DNA of 64,000 nt from Eledone cirrhosa (lineage: Eukaryota), in contig OZ024761.1 in assembly GCA_964016885.1 (NCBI GenBank), positions 15,128,001-15,192,000 on the forward strand. The letters run 5' to 3'. Under the pieces are notes generated by a model that made no database searches, was not told the origin of the DNA, and saw only the letters and a list, made by a program, of their open reading frames with translations. Below are positions 9,201 through 23,440 of the stretch, piece after piece (positions within the stretch are counted from its first letter, which is position 1; every line of letters starts with the position of its first letter). Made by a program: the position numbers and the translations under genes.

Positions 9201-9711
9201 TATGTCAGTGTGTTTGTAAGTATATAATAATAATATGCATGTTGACAAAGAGTTGTAAAAACCAAGCAAGTCAACCTACAGTTCTACACTAACAGAGACG
9301 GCATAGAAAACGTTACCTCTTACAAGCGAATGCGAAAAGAGATTGTTTCAAAAATACCGGTGTAACACTAAATATATTACCGGTGCAACTATTTCAGTTT
9401 ACCCTTTTATAAACTCACTCCAGTCATTTCAAATCGTGTTCAGAGTACCGGCAGTAAGAAAAAAATAAAGCGTTTGCGAAGTTTCTAAATCTGCTAAAAA
9501 TGACAGCTAAATCTCTCACTCTGTCTCCAATGTGTAATAAACCGTAACTCATAGAAATATATATATTTGTATGTATGTGTGTATAAATATATGTGTATAT
9601 ACCTAAGAATGTACACACACACACACATGTCTATGTATATATATATATATATGTATACATACATGCATATATATATATATATGTATATATATGTATACAT
9701 ATCTACATACA

Positions 9712-9750
<39 letters not shown>

Positions 9751-9755
9751 GTGTG

Positions 9756-9786
<31 letters not shown>

Positions 9787-10151
9787 GTACATATATGTGT
9801 AAATATGTATATATATTAGTGTATATATATTGCAATGTATATGCATACTCGTATAATTATACTCTATATTATTAGTCGATATATCCATATACAATTACCC
9901 CTCCCCCGGCATTCGTGGGGTTTACAGTCCTAGAGAACCCGAGAACAGTGAAAAACCGCGAATATTGTAGGTGGTCCATAGAAATGCCTATAAACCTCAA
10001 AATACAACGTAAAATATAATAAAAATCGAGTGAGCGTCTTATGCGTCCAATAGGCCAACAAATACAATATATTGTTGTTAATAATCTAGCGTTAAAACAA
10101 TATATATTGTCACAAAAAGGCATATATATACATATATTGTTTTGACTGCTA

Positions 10152-10498
10152 TTTCTAGCATACACTAGAAAAAACCGGAAGTGGAGAAAATTGAAAAACT
10201 TCTTCTTTTTCCCCCCTCTAACTTTTCAAACAAAAGAAAATTTTATGTAAACAAAAACGAAATTTTTGCCAAGAAAGATAACTCTTCTCTGACTTAAATC
10301 CAAAATTGGGATACAAAAAATTGCGGAATTTATTTTGTATCCCAATTTTGGATTTAAGTCAGAGAAGAGTTATCTTTCTTGGCAAAAATTTCGTTTTTGT
10401 TTACATAAAATTTCCTTTTGTTCGAAAAGTTAGAGGAGGGAAAAAGAAGAAGTTTTTCAATTTTCTACCCTTCCGGTTTTTCTTTTTTATGCTAGAAA
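10152..10498. repeat. Long palindrome, unit 2
   Basis: Same hairpin as 3870-4216. Confidence 0.98.
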
Positions 10499-10530
10499 GA
10501 ACAGTGAAAGTAATATATATGTATATACAT

Positions 10531-10593
<63 letters not shown>

Positions 10594-13500
10594 CAGTAAA
10601 CCCCTATATTCGCGGAATATTCCTTAGAACCTAAGTAATAATTATATATATATATAGAGAGAGAAAGAAATAAACACACAGATATATATATATACACACA
10701 TATATATCTATATATGTGTGTATGTATACATATGTTTATGTATATATATAAGTATTTATATGTATATATACATTTATACATATATATATATACATACACA
10801 CACACACACACACATATTTATATGTACACACACACACATATATACTGTGCCAATCTATTGAGTACATTGTATTTATTGTGGTTTCTCTCCGACGCGACCT
10901 GTGAATCTACACACACATATATTAGAAGATGTAAGACGAGTCGCACCCAAAGTATGACATTTGGGTGCTGTTTCTAGCAGGTTTAGAATTTACTATTTTC
11001 CAAACAGAATTCTGTTTTACACCCCTCACTCTGAACTCGATTTCAAATTACCGGGTAGTTTGTTGAAGCACGGTTCAACTGAAATATCTACACCGGTAAC
11101 TTAATTAGTGTTACACCGGTATACCTGAGGCATAAACTATTTGGCATTCTTCGAAGGAGGTACTGGTTTTTTCGCTGTCTTAAATGGAGTATATACGCAC
11201 ACACATAAATTAATGTTTATCTCTGTACAAAGAGATTAACATCATTTCTTAAATTATTACTTAGGGTTTTACAACAAAACGTATTGTATGTGTAATTATA
11301 CATACATTGAATTTAAGTATTTATTTTTTAATTTTACATACATTTTAGTAGTATATATGTATATATTCATTTGTGTGTGCGTTAATTTCGTGGGTAACTG
11401 CAGTTAACGTTCGTCTCGTGTTAAAGTGACTGTAGAATGTGAATAAAAAAGTAAGAAAGATCGAAAACACTGTTGCTGTATAGATATATAAATTTTATTG
11501 GCACATTAAAATTGTTTCAATATTGATAGTTCGGAGTACAATCATAATATGTATATATTTTTCACATGAAATCAATATTCAAACTAACCCCCAGTGTGTT
11601 TATTTTAAAGCGACGAAATTCTACCTCCCAGGGATTTGAACACAGTTTCATGTTACTGGGTGGTACGATGAAGCAGAGAGAGAGTATAAAATCGCTACAC
11701 TGGTGGCATATTTAGTGTTTCACCGGTTTTCTTATAACAACACACTGGATACGACGTGCATGAGAGAGGTAAAGTTTTATTTGTCTTCCGTGTTAGAGTA
11801 TAACTGTAGTTTGACTTGTTAAATTTATAGTATATGTTTGTTATATATATTCTTAACTATGCAATGATAGCATCTCAGTCACTAATTTCATCTCTTTGGA
11901 GGTTACTGCTCTGATGTCATCTCTTCCACTAAGGCACTCTCCATAGCCTTGCCTCTCCTCGTAACATCACCCAAAGTTGTATCAATCTCCACAAAGCCAA
12001 CACTTCTCATTATCTCTAAGAAAGCCACCTTAAGCAAGTGTTTCGACGTGTGTGTGTGTAGAATAAACGCAAGGTTTGACGGAACAAGAAAATAAAAAAT
12101 ATTCCTTCTAATATATATATCTTGTACATTGTATTATATTAAGGTGTTTCTGTAAATTAAAAACAATGAAAGTGACACCTAAATTTAACGTCACTTTGAT
12201 ATTAACAGACATTCTTCATCTTCATAGTAAGTTCAATCAAGGGTTTACTACTTAGTGTATTTATGTGTCTTTGTCTCATCTCCAAATAAAATTTTAAATG
12301 GTATGGCAACGTGTTGAAGTGAATCACGCTTATTTATATGCTGACTGTGTTACGACTAGAAAGAGAAAAATAAAGCTTTAAATGGTATGACTACGTATTC
12401 AAATCAATCAAATTCCTTACAGTGTGAGGATAAAAAAAGTTAATGTTTTAAGTTGATTCGAAATCCAACCACGGCATTCCCCAGTCCTATGTCTTACCAC
12501 TAGACTATAAAGACTTAAGTGATTTTCTTTTGAATATTTACATATATAAACTTATTTTTAGCCTAATAATAAAATAGCTTTAAATGTGTTTATTTTCACT
12601 CCGTATTTGTTGGTCTGTAGGTGGCCGTATGGGTAGTTGTGGTGTATCTATGCATCAATTCAGTGTGTATAGATTTGGAGATAGGGTTTCGATCTTCTAC
12701 TTTATCTTAAATATAAAACATTTTTATTTTTTTTATTTTAAAGATTGGTCTCTATCTTCTGGGCTACCCGGGGCCACGATCATCTCGAAGCCACCCTTCT
12801 AGTTCCCCCTCCGCTCGAACCTACACTACCACCACTTTACCAGACGCCCGCCAAGCGGCCGTAATTCTACTGTGCAAATTTCATATATTTAAATCTATTT
12901 TAGCATTTCTTTAATAAAGAACCACATACGATGTTTGACATAATAGAAAAGAGAAAAATATTCTTTTACTATTTCATAAGCTCTGGCAGGTATCGAACAC
13001 CTCATATTTTACTTACGTCCAAAACGCAAACATGTATATATAATAATAATTTTTTGATAACTTTACAGTGAGAAAATACATTTATCGATAGGGTTTCCAA
13101 TCTCAGAAATATCTCCACTAGAGATGTGTGTGTGTATATATCTTTATTATTCCTTTGAAAAGTAGTTTTAATTAAACATTTTTATATATTTCACTATTTC
13201 CAAAGTTCTGGCAGATATTGCAACTCCATCTGTAGATTCATGTAAATACATTGTATTTGACTTACATGAAATTAAATATATAATTTGTTTTTAAATTTTG
13301 TTTTCAAGTACCAAAATATAAACAAATTAGTCAGGTTTTCAGTCTCTTAAATGCATGGTTGTTATAGATACTTAACTGTTGTTGTAGGGCTGTCGTATTT
13401 ACCGTCATGCGTACATTTAAATCTGACTGAGTCAATCCTCCCATCCTCCTGGTCTAAAAACAGCCTATTTATTTTACAGGAGAGAAAGCGAGATACCTTT

Positions 13501-14069
13501 CTTATGCCTTTAAACGTTAATTTTGCACTTGACTTAAAATTCTTTTTCCTTCCCTTTAGATTGAATAAACAAAAATATTTTACGTCTACACTTATATTCA
13601 ACATAACTCATGTCAGTCTTCACAAGTTTTTGCTACATCTGATTCAAGCTGTTATGGCTTTGGGAGGAAAGTAATCACAAAGTAAAGTATCCAGCTAAGA
13701 ATGTATTCCGTAGTACGTGTCATAAGAAAGATTTGTAGTTCTAAGAAACCTAACAAATATATTTCAAATTTATCGGCAATTAAACAAAACTTAAAAATAA
13801 GCAATACTAAAGCCACAAACGTTTTTCTATCTACGTCTCTCCTGAAGAAAAAAACAAAAACAAAACCGCTCGAATTATTACGAGGAGTGTAAACAGAAGA
13901 ATATAGCTAATAAACAATTAATTTATGTATATGCATGTATGTATTGTGTGTAAACATACTGTAAGACAGACAGGCTCTAAGGAAAACATAACATTACCGT
14001 TTCTGAACACATTTCAGAGTCATACTAACTAAATTTATTTTAGCATTTCTTTAATAAAGAACAACTCAT

Positions 14070-14252
14070 GGTGTGGATTGGCAGTATAGGTAGAGGGTCG
14101 GACGCCATACTTTCCAGCATAGTTACGTCCCTTTACGATCTGAGTTCAAATCCCGCCGAGGTTGACTTTGCCTTTCATCCTTACGGGGTCGATAAAATAA
14201 AGTACCAGTAATGCACTGGGTAATTGCTGGCCTTGTGCCTAAAGTAGAAACA
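14070..14252 (+). mobile_element. tRNA-derived SINE, near full length, polymorphic insertion present only in unit 3
   Basis: A 183-bp insert absent from the other nine units (empty site CATGGTATTTG; GGT on both sides). It has an A-box-like TGGCAGTATAGG, a B-box GAGTTCAAATCCC, a central GACTTTGCCTTTCATCCTTACGGGGTCGATAAAATAAAGTACCAG resembling the MetaSINE-type domain of octopus/mollusc SINEs, and a 3' end GGCCTTGTGCCTAAAGTAGAAACA. Confidence 0.92.
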
Positions 14253-16609
14253 GGTATTTGACATAAATGGTTAAAAAAAAAAAAAATTGTTTTACTATTT
14301 CATACGCTCTGGCAGATATTGAAATCCTATCTCTAGATTCGTTTAAATACATTATCTTGGACTTACTTGAATTTAAAACTGATGAAATTATTTAAAAAAC
14401 TTTTGTACCAAAATAAAAATACACTATCAAGGTTTTTAGTCTCATAAATGCGTGGTGGTTATAGACATTTAACTGTTGTTGTAGGGGTGCCGTAATTACC
14501 GTCATGTGGGCATTTAAACCTGACAGATCAATAATCCCTTCCTCCAGGTCTAAAAACAGCTGATTTATTTTGCCAGAGAGAAAGAGAAATACTTTTCTCG
14601 TCTTTAAACGTTAATTTTGCACTTTACTTATAATTCCTTTTTCTTCTGTTATGTTGAATATAATTGTTGAGGTTTGTTCAATCTAACTCATTAATCTCCA
14701 CAGTCAAGTACCTGTTTTTACTATATCTGCTTCAAGCTGTTATAGGTGGGATAAGGCAGTACAACCGAAAATAAAATGTCACTTTAAGGATTCACTCGTA
14801 GAAAGTGTCAAAAGAAGGGACACTGATATAAGGTTTGTAGGCCTAAGCAACCTAAGAAATAGATTTTAAAGTTATCGGCAGTTAAACAAAACTTATAAAT
14901 AGGCAATAATTTAGACAATTCAGTAGACCACTTAACTTTATTAATAATCAGAAAACAAGGCCACTTATTGACAATAGACCAGACAAAACATTTAACAAGA
15001 ATTACTACAACGATGGTGCGAGAAGATCGTGGTTTCTAAATCAGAGAATGTTTCTTTAACAAACACAAGCATATAAAAAGTAGAAGGGATATTGACAGTG
15101 CATAGAACTAGGAAATAACTTCTATCAAATAGATTTTCTAGTGGCAAGGAACTTAGTAGCTCCAGTTATAATTGCGTTACACATGTTCAGTAAGTATTTT
15201 TCTATTGAAATCAAACTTAAAGGTATACTAAAGCCACAGACGTTTTCATATATATGTTTCATCTAAAGTCAAAAACGTAAGAATTATTACAAGCAGTGTA
15301 AACACGAATTAAAGCTAATACATGTACCAAGAAGGCTACCTCAAGATTTGCAATTCATTCAAGAAGAAATCAAACTTATGCATATGTCGACGACATAATT
15401 ATGGCTAGAGAGAACATGAAGAATCTACAACTAGGTGGAAGACAAGAGAAACGACCATACTACCTGAAATATTATAAATTATGATAGTAAATATTTCTTA
15501 TACTGTCATGTTTTTTCTTTAAAACGTTTGCATCTCAATAAAGTGGAGAAAACTATTATATACTGTTGTTATATCATTATACTTTAGTTTAAACTTATTT
15601 CTATCTCTTCACATTAGAAAGAATAAAAACTTAGTAAAATCCTATATGTGTATAAATATAATATATGTCAGTGTGTTTGTAAGTATATAATAATAATATG
15701 CATGTTGACAAAGAGTTGTAAAAACCAAGCAAGTCAACCTACAGTTCTACACTAACAGAGACGGCATAGAAAACGTTACCTCTTACAAGCGAATGCGAAG
15801 AGATTGTTTCAAAAATACCGGTGTAACACTAAATATATTACCGGTGCAACTATTTCAGTTTACCCTTTTATAAACTCACTCCAGTCATTTCAAATCGTGT
15901 TCAGAGTACCGGCAGTAAGAAAAAAATAAAGCGTTTGCGAAGTTTCTAAATCTGCTAAAAATGACAGCTAAATCTCTCACTCTGTCTCCAATGTGTAATA
16001 AACCGTGACTCATAGAAATATATATATTTGTATGTATGTGTGTATAAATATATATGTATATACCTAAGAATGTACACACACACACACACACACATGTCTA
16101 TGTATATATATATATATGTATACATACATGCATATATATATATATATGTATATATATGTATACATATCTACATACATGCATATATATATATATATATATA
16201 TATATACATGTGTGTCTCTCTCTCTCTCTATATATATATATATGTACATATATGTGTAAATATGTATATATATTAGTGTATATATATTGCAATGTATATG
16301 CATACTCGTATAATTATACTCTATATTATTAGTCGATATATCCATATACAATTACCCCTCCCCCGGCATTCGTGGGGTTTACAGTCCTAGAGAACCCGAG
16401 AACAGTGAAAAACCGCGAATATTGTAGGTGGTCCATAGAAATGCCTATAAACTTCAAAATACAACGTAAAATATAATAAAATTCGAGTGAGCGTCTTATG
16501 CGTCCAATAGGCCAACAAATACAATATATTGTTGTTAATAATCTAGCGTTAAAACAATATATATTGTCACAAAAAAGGCATATATATACATATATTGTTT
16601 TGACTGCTA

Positions 16610-16956
16610 TTTCTAGCATACACTAGAAAAAACCGGAAGTGGAGAAAATTGAAAAACTTCTTCTTTTTCCCCCCTCTAACTTTTCAAACAAAAGAAAATT
16701 TTATGTAAACAAAAACCAAATTTTTGCCAAGAAAGATAACTCTTCTCTGACTTAAATCCAAAATTGGGATACAAAAAATTGCGGAATTTATTTTGTATCC
16801 CAATTTTGGATTTAAGTCAGAGAAGAGTTATCTTTCTTGGCAAAAATTTCGTTTTTGTTTACATAAAATTTCCTTTTGTTTGAAAAGTTAGAGGAGGGAA
16901 AAAGAAGAAGTTTTTCAATTTTCTACCCTTCCGGTTTTTCTTTTTTATGCTAGAAA
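16610..16956. repeat. Long palindrome, unit 3
   Basis: Same hairpin as 3870-4216. Confidence 0.98.
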
Positions 16957-16988
16957 GAACAGTGAAAGTAATATATATGTATATACAT

Positions 16989-17041
<53 letters not shown>

Positions 17042-20000
17042 CAGTAAACCCCTATATTCGCGGAATATTCCTTAGAACCTAAGTAATAATTATATATATA
17101 TATATAGAGAGAAAGAAGTAAACACACAGATATATATATATATACACACATATATATCTATATATGTGTGTATGTATACATATGTTTATGTATATATATA
17201 AGTATTTATATGTATATATACATTTATACATATATATATATACATACACACACACATATTTATATGTACACACACACACATATATACTGTGCCAATCTAT
17301 TGAGTACATTGTATTTATTGTGGTTTCTCTCCGACGCGACCTGTGAATCTACACACACATATATTAGAAGATGTAAGACGAGTCGCACCCAAAGTATGAC
17401 ATTTGGGTGCTGTTTCTAGCAGGTTTAGAATTTACTATTTTCCAAACAGAATTCTGTTTTACACCCCTCACTCTGAACCCGATTTCAAATTACCGGGTAG
17501 TTTGTTGAAGCACGGTTCAACTGAAATATCTACACCGGTAACTTAATTAGTGTTACACCGGTATACCTGAGGCATAAACTATTTGGCATTCTTCGAAGGA
17601 GGTACTGGTTTTTTCGCTGTCTTAAATGGAGTATATACGCACACACATAAATTAATGTTTATCTCTGTACAAAGAGATTAACATCATTTCTTAAATTATT
17701 ACTTAGGGTTTTACAACAAAACGTATTGTATGTGTAATTATACATACATTGAATTTAAGTATTTATTTTTTAATTTTACATACATTTTAGTAGTATATAT
17801 GTATATATTCATTTGTGAGTGCGTTAATTTCGTGGGTAACTGCAGTTAACGTTCGTCTCGTGTTAAAGTGACTGTAGAATGTGAATAAAAAAGTAAGAAA
17901 GATCGAAAACACTGTTGCTGTATATATATATAAATTTTATTGGCACATTAAAATTGTTTCAATATTGATAGTTCGGAGTACAATCATAATATGTATATAT
18001 TTTTCACATGAAATCAATATTCAAACTGACCCCAGTGTGTTTATTTTAAAGCGACGAAATTCTACCTCCCAGGGATTTGAACACAGTTTCATGTTACTGG
18101 GTGGTACGATGAAGCAGAGAGAGAGTATAAAATCGCTACACTGGTGGCATATTTAGTGTTTCACCGGTTTTCTTATAACAACACACTGGATACGACGTGC
18201 ATGAGAGAGGTAAAGTTTTATTTGTCTTCCGTGTTAGAGTATAACTGTAGTTTGACTTGTTAAATTTATAGTATATGTTTGTTATATATATTCTTAACTA
18301 TGCAACGATAGCATCTCAGTCACTAATTTCATCTCTTTGGAGGTTACTGCTCTGATGTCATCTCTTCCACTAAGACACTCTCCATAGCCTTGCCTCTCCT
18401 CGTAACATCACCCAAAGTTGTATCAATCTCCACAAAGCCAACACTTCTCATTATCTCTAAGAAAGCCACCTTAAGCAAGTGTTTCGACGTGTGTGTGTGT
18501 GTGTAGAATAAACGCAAGGTTTGACGGAACAAGAAAATAAAAAATATTCCTTCTAATATATATATCTTGTACATTGTATTATATTAAGGTGTTTCTGTAA
18601 ATTAAAAACAATGAAAGTGACACCTAAATTTAACGTCACTTTGATATTAACAGACATTCTTCATCTTCATAGTAAGTTCAATCAAGGGTTTACTACTTAG
18701 TGTATTTATGTGTCTTTGTCTCATCTCCAAATAAAGTGTTAAATGGTATGGCAACGTGTTGAAGTGAATGACGCTTATTTATATGCTGACTGTGTTACGA
18801 CTAGAAAGAGAAAAATAAAGCTTTAAATGGTATGACTACGTGTTCAAATCAATCAAATTCCTTACAGTGTGAGGATAAAAAAGTTAATGTTTTAAGTTGA
18901 TTCGAAATCCAACCACGGCATTCCCCAGTCCTATGTCTTACCACTAGACTATAAAGACTTAAGTGATTTTCTTTTGAATATTTACATATATAAACTTATT
19001 TTTAGTCTAATAATAAAATAGCTTTAAATGTGTTTATTTTCACTCCGTATTTGTTGGTCTGTAGGTGGCCGTGTGGGTAGTTGTGGTGTATCTATGCATC
19101 AATTCAGTGTGTATAGATTTGGAGATAGGGTTTCGGTCTTCTACTTTATCTTAAATATAAAACATTTTTATTTTTTTTATTTTAAAGATTGGTCTCTATC
19201 TTCTGGGCTACCCGGGGCCACGATCGTCTCGAAGCCACCCTTCTAGTTCCCCCTCCGCTCGAACCTACACTACCACCACTTTACCAGACGCCCGCCAAGC
19301 GGCCGTAATTCTACTGTGCAAATTTCATATATTTAAATCTATTTTAGCATTTCTTTAATAAAGAACCACATACGATGTTTGACATAATTGAAAAGAGAAA
19401 AATATTCTTTTACTATTTCATAAGCTCTGGCAGGTATCGAACACCTCATATTTTACTTACGTCCAAAACGCAAACATGTATATATAATAATAATTTTTTG
19501 ATAACTTTACAGTGAGAAAATACATTTATCGATAGGGTTTCCAATCTCAGAAATATCTCCACTAGAGATGTGTGTGTGTGTATATATCTTTATTATTCCT
19601 TTGAAAAGTAGTTTTAATTAAACATTTTTATATATTTCACTATTTCCAAAGTCCTGGCAGATATTGCAACTCCATCTGTAGATTCATGTAAATACATTGT
19701 ATTTGACTTACATGAAATTAAATATATAATTTGTTTTTAAATTTTGTTTTCAAGTACCAAAATATAAACAAATTAGTCAGGTTTTCAGTCTCTTAAATGC
19801 ATGGTTGTTATAGATACTTAACTGTTGTTGTAGGGCTGTCGTATTTACCGTCATGTGTACATTTAAATCTGACTGAGTCAATCCTCCCATCCGCCTGGTC
19901 TAAAAACAGCCTATTTATTTTACAGGAGAGAAAGCGAGATACCTTTCTTATGCCTTTAAACGTTAATTTTGCACTTGACTTAAAATTCTTTTTCCTTCCC

Positions 20001-21828
20001 TTTAGATTGAATAAACAAAAATATTTTACGTCTACACTTATATTCAACATAACTCATGTCAGTCTTCACAAGTTTTTGCTACATCTGATTCAAGCTGTTA
20101 TGGCTTTGGGAGGAAAGTAATCACAAAGTAAAGTATCCAGCTAAGAATGTATTCCGTAGTACGTGTCATAAGAAAGATTTGTAGTTCTAAGAAACCTAAC
20201 AAATATATTTCAAATTTATCGGCAATTAAACAAAACTTAAAAATAAGCAATACTAAAGCCACAAACGTTTTTCTATCTACGTCTCTCCTGAAGAAAAAAC
20301 AAAAACAAAACCGCTCGAATTATTACGAGGAGTGTAAACAGAAGAATATAGCTAATAAACAATTAATTTATGTATATGCATGTATGTATTGTGTGTAAAC
20401 ATACTGTAAGACAGACAGGCTCTAAGGAAAACATAACATTACCGGTTCTGAACACACTTCAGAGTCATACTAACTAAATTTATTTTAGCATTTCTTTAAT
20501 AAAGAACAACTCATGGTATTTGACATAAATGAAAAAAAAAAAAAATTGTTTTACTATTTCATAAGCTCTGGCAGATATTGAAATCCTATCTCTAGATTCG
20601 TTTAAATACATTATCTTGGACTTACTTGAATTTAAAACTGATGAAATTATTTAAAAAACTTTTGTACCAAAATAAAAATACACTATAAAGGTTTTTAGTC
20701 TCATAAATGCATGGTGGTTATAGACATTTAACTGTTGTTGTAGGGGTGCCGTAATTACCGTCATGTGGGCATTGAAACCTGACTGAGTCAATCCTCCCCT
20801 CCTCTAGGTCTACAAACAGCAGATTTATTTTGCCAGAGAGAAAGAGAAATACTTTTCTCGTCTTTAAACGTTAATTTTGCACTTTACTTATAATTCCTTT
20901 TTCTTCTGTTATGTTGAATATAATTGTTGAGGTTTGTTCAATCTAACTCATATTAATCTCCACAGTCAAGTACCTGTTTTTACTATGTCTGCTTCAAGCT
21001 GTGAGAGGTGGGATAAGGCAGTACAACCCAAAATAAAATGTCAATTTAAGGATTCACTCGTAGAAAGTGTCAAAAGAAGGGACACTGATATAAGGTTTGT
21101 AGGCCTAAGCAACCTAAGAAATAGATTTTAAAGTTATCGGCAGTTAAACAAAACTTATAAATAGGCAATAATTTAGACAATTCAGTAGACCACTTAACTT
21201 TATTAATAATCAGAAAACAAGGCCACTTATTGACAATAGACCAGACAAAACATTTAACAAGAATTACTACAACGGTGGTGCGAGAAGATCGTGGTTTCTA
21301 AATCAGAGAATGTTTCTTTAACAAACACAAGCATATAAAAAGTAGAGGGGATATTGACAGTGCATAGAACTAGGAAATAACTTCTATCAAATAGATTTTC
21401 TAGTGGCTAGGAACTTAGTAGCTCCAGTTATAATTGCGTTACACATGTTCAGTAAGTATTTTTCTATTGAAATCAAACTTAAAGGTATACTAAAGCCACA
21501 GACGTTTTCATATATATGTTTCATCTAAAGTCAAAAACGTAAGAATTATTACAAGCAGTGTAAACACGAATTAAAGCTAATAAATGTACCAATAAGGCTA
21601 CCTCAAGATTTGCAATTCATTCAAGAAGAAATCAAACTTATGCATATGTCGACGACATAATTATGGCTAGAGAGGACATGAAGAATCTACAATTAGGTGG
21701 AAGACAAGAGAAACGACCATACTACCTGAAATATTATATGTTATGATATTAAATATTTCTTATACTGTCATGTTTTTTCTTTAAAACGTTTGCATCTCAA
21801 TAAAGTGGAGAAAACTATTATATACTGT

Positions 21829-21937
21829 GTCCAAATCCCGCCGAGGTTAACTTTGCCTTTCATCCTTACGGGGTCGATAAAATAAAGTACCAGTAATGTA
21901 CTGGGTAATTGCTGGCCTTGTGCCAAAAGTAGAAACA
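21829..21937 (+). mobile_element. 5'-truncated copy of the same SINE (unit 4)
   Basis: It starts at the B-box (GTCCAAATCCCGCCGAGG) and ends AGTAGAAACA. The empty site in other units is TATACTGTTGTTATATC. No TSD. Confidence 0.92.
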
Positions 21938-22540
21938 GTTATATCATTATACTTTAGTTTTAACTTATTATTTTTATCTCTTCACATTAGAAAGAATAAA
22001 AACTTAGTAAAATCCTATATGTGTATAAATATAATATATGTAAGTGTGTTTGTAAGTATATAATAATATACATGTTGACAAAGAGTTGTAAAAACCAAGC
22101 AAGTCAACCTACAGTTCTACACTAACAGAGACGGCATAGAAAACGTTACCTCTTACAAACGAATGCGAAAAGAGATTGTTTCAAAAATACCGGTGTAACA
22201 CTAAATATATTACCGGTGCAACTATTTCAGTTTACCCTTTTATAAACTCACTCCAGTCATTTCAAATCGTGTTCAGAGTACCGGCAGTAAGAAAAAAATA
22301 AAGCGTTTGCGAAGTTTCTAAATCTGCTAAAAATGACAGCTAAATCTCTCACTCTGTCTCCAATGTGTAATAAACCGTGACTCATAGAAATATATATATT
22401 TGTATGTATGTGTGTATAAATATATATGTATATACCTAAGAATGTACACACACACACACACATGTATATATATATATATATATGTATACATACATGCATA
22501 TATATATATATGTATATATATGTATACATATCTACATACA

Positions 22541-22601
<61 letters not shown>

Positions 22602-22989
22602 GTGTGTCTATATATATATATATGTACATATATGTGTAAATATGTATATATATTAGTGTATATATATTGCAATGTATATGCATACTCGTATAATTATACT
22701 CTATATTATTAGTCGATATATCCATATACAATTACCCCTCCCCCGGCATTCGTGGGGTTTACAGTCCTAGAGAACCCGAGAACAGTGAAAAACCGAGAAT
22801 ATTGTAGGTGGTCCATAGAAATGCCTATAAACCTCAAAATACAGCGTAAAATATAATAAAAATCGAGTGAGCGTCTTCTGCGTCCAATAGGCCAACAAAT
22901 ACAATATATTGTTGTTAATAATCTAGCGTTAAAACAATATATATTGTCACAAAAAAGGCATATATATACATATATTGTTTTGACTGCTA

Positions 22990-23335
22990 TTTCTAGCATA
23001 CACTAGAAAAAACCGGAAGTGGAGAAAATTGAAAAACTTCTTCTTTTTCCCCCCTCTAACTTTTCAAACAAAAGAAAATTTTATGTAAACAAAAACGAAA
23101 TTTTTGCCAAGAAAGATAACTCTTCTCTGACTTAAATCCAAAATTGGGATACAAAAAATTGCGGAATTTATTTTGTATCCCAATTTTGGATTTAAGTCAG
23201 AGAAGAGTTATCTTTCTTGGCAAAAATTTCGTTTTTGTTTACATAAAATTTCCTTTTGTTCGAAAAGTTAGAGGAGGGAAAAAGAAGAAGTTTTTCAATT
23301 TTCTACCCTTCCGGTTTTTCTTTTTATGCTAGAAA
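22990..23335. repeat. Long palindrome, unit 4
   Basis: Same hairpin as 3870-4216. Confidence 0.98.
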
Positions 23336-23367
23336 GAACAGTGAAAGTAATATATATGTATATACAT

Positions 23368-23440
<73 letters not shown>

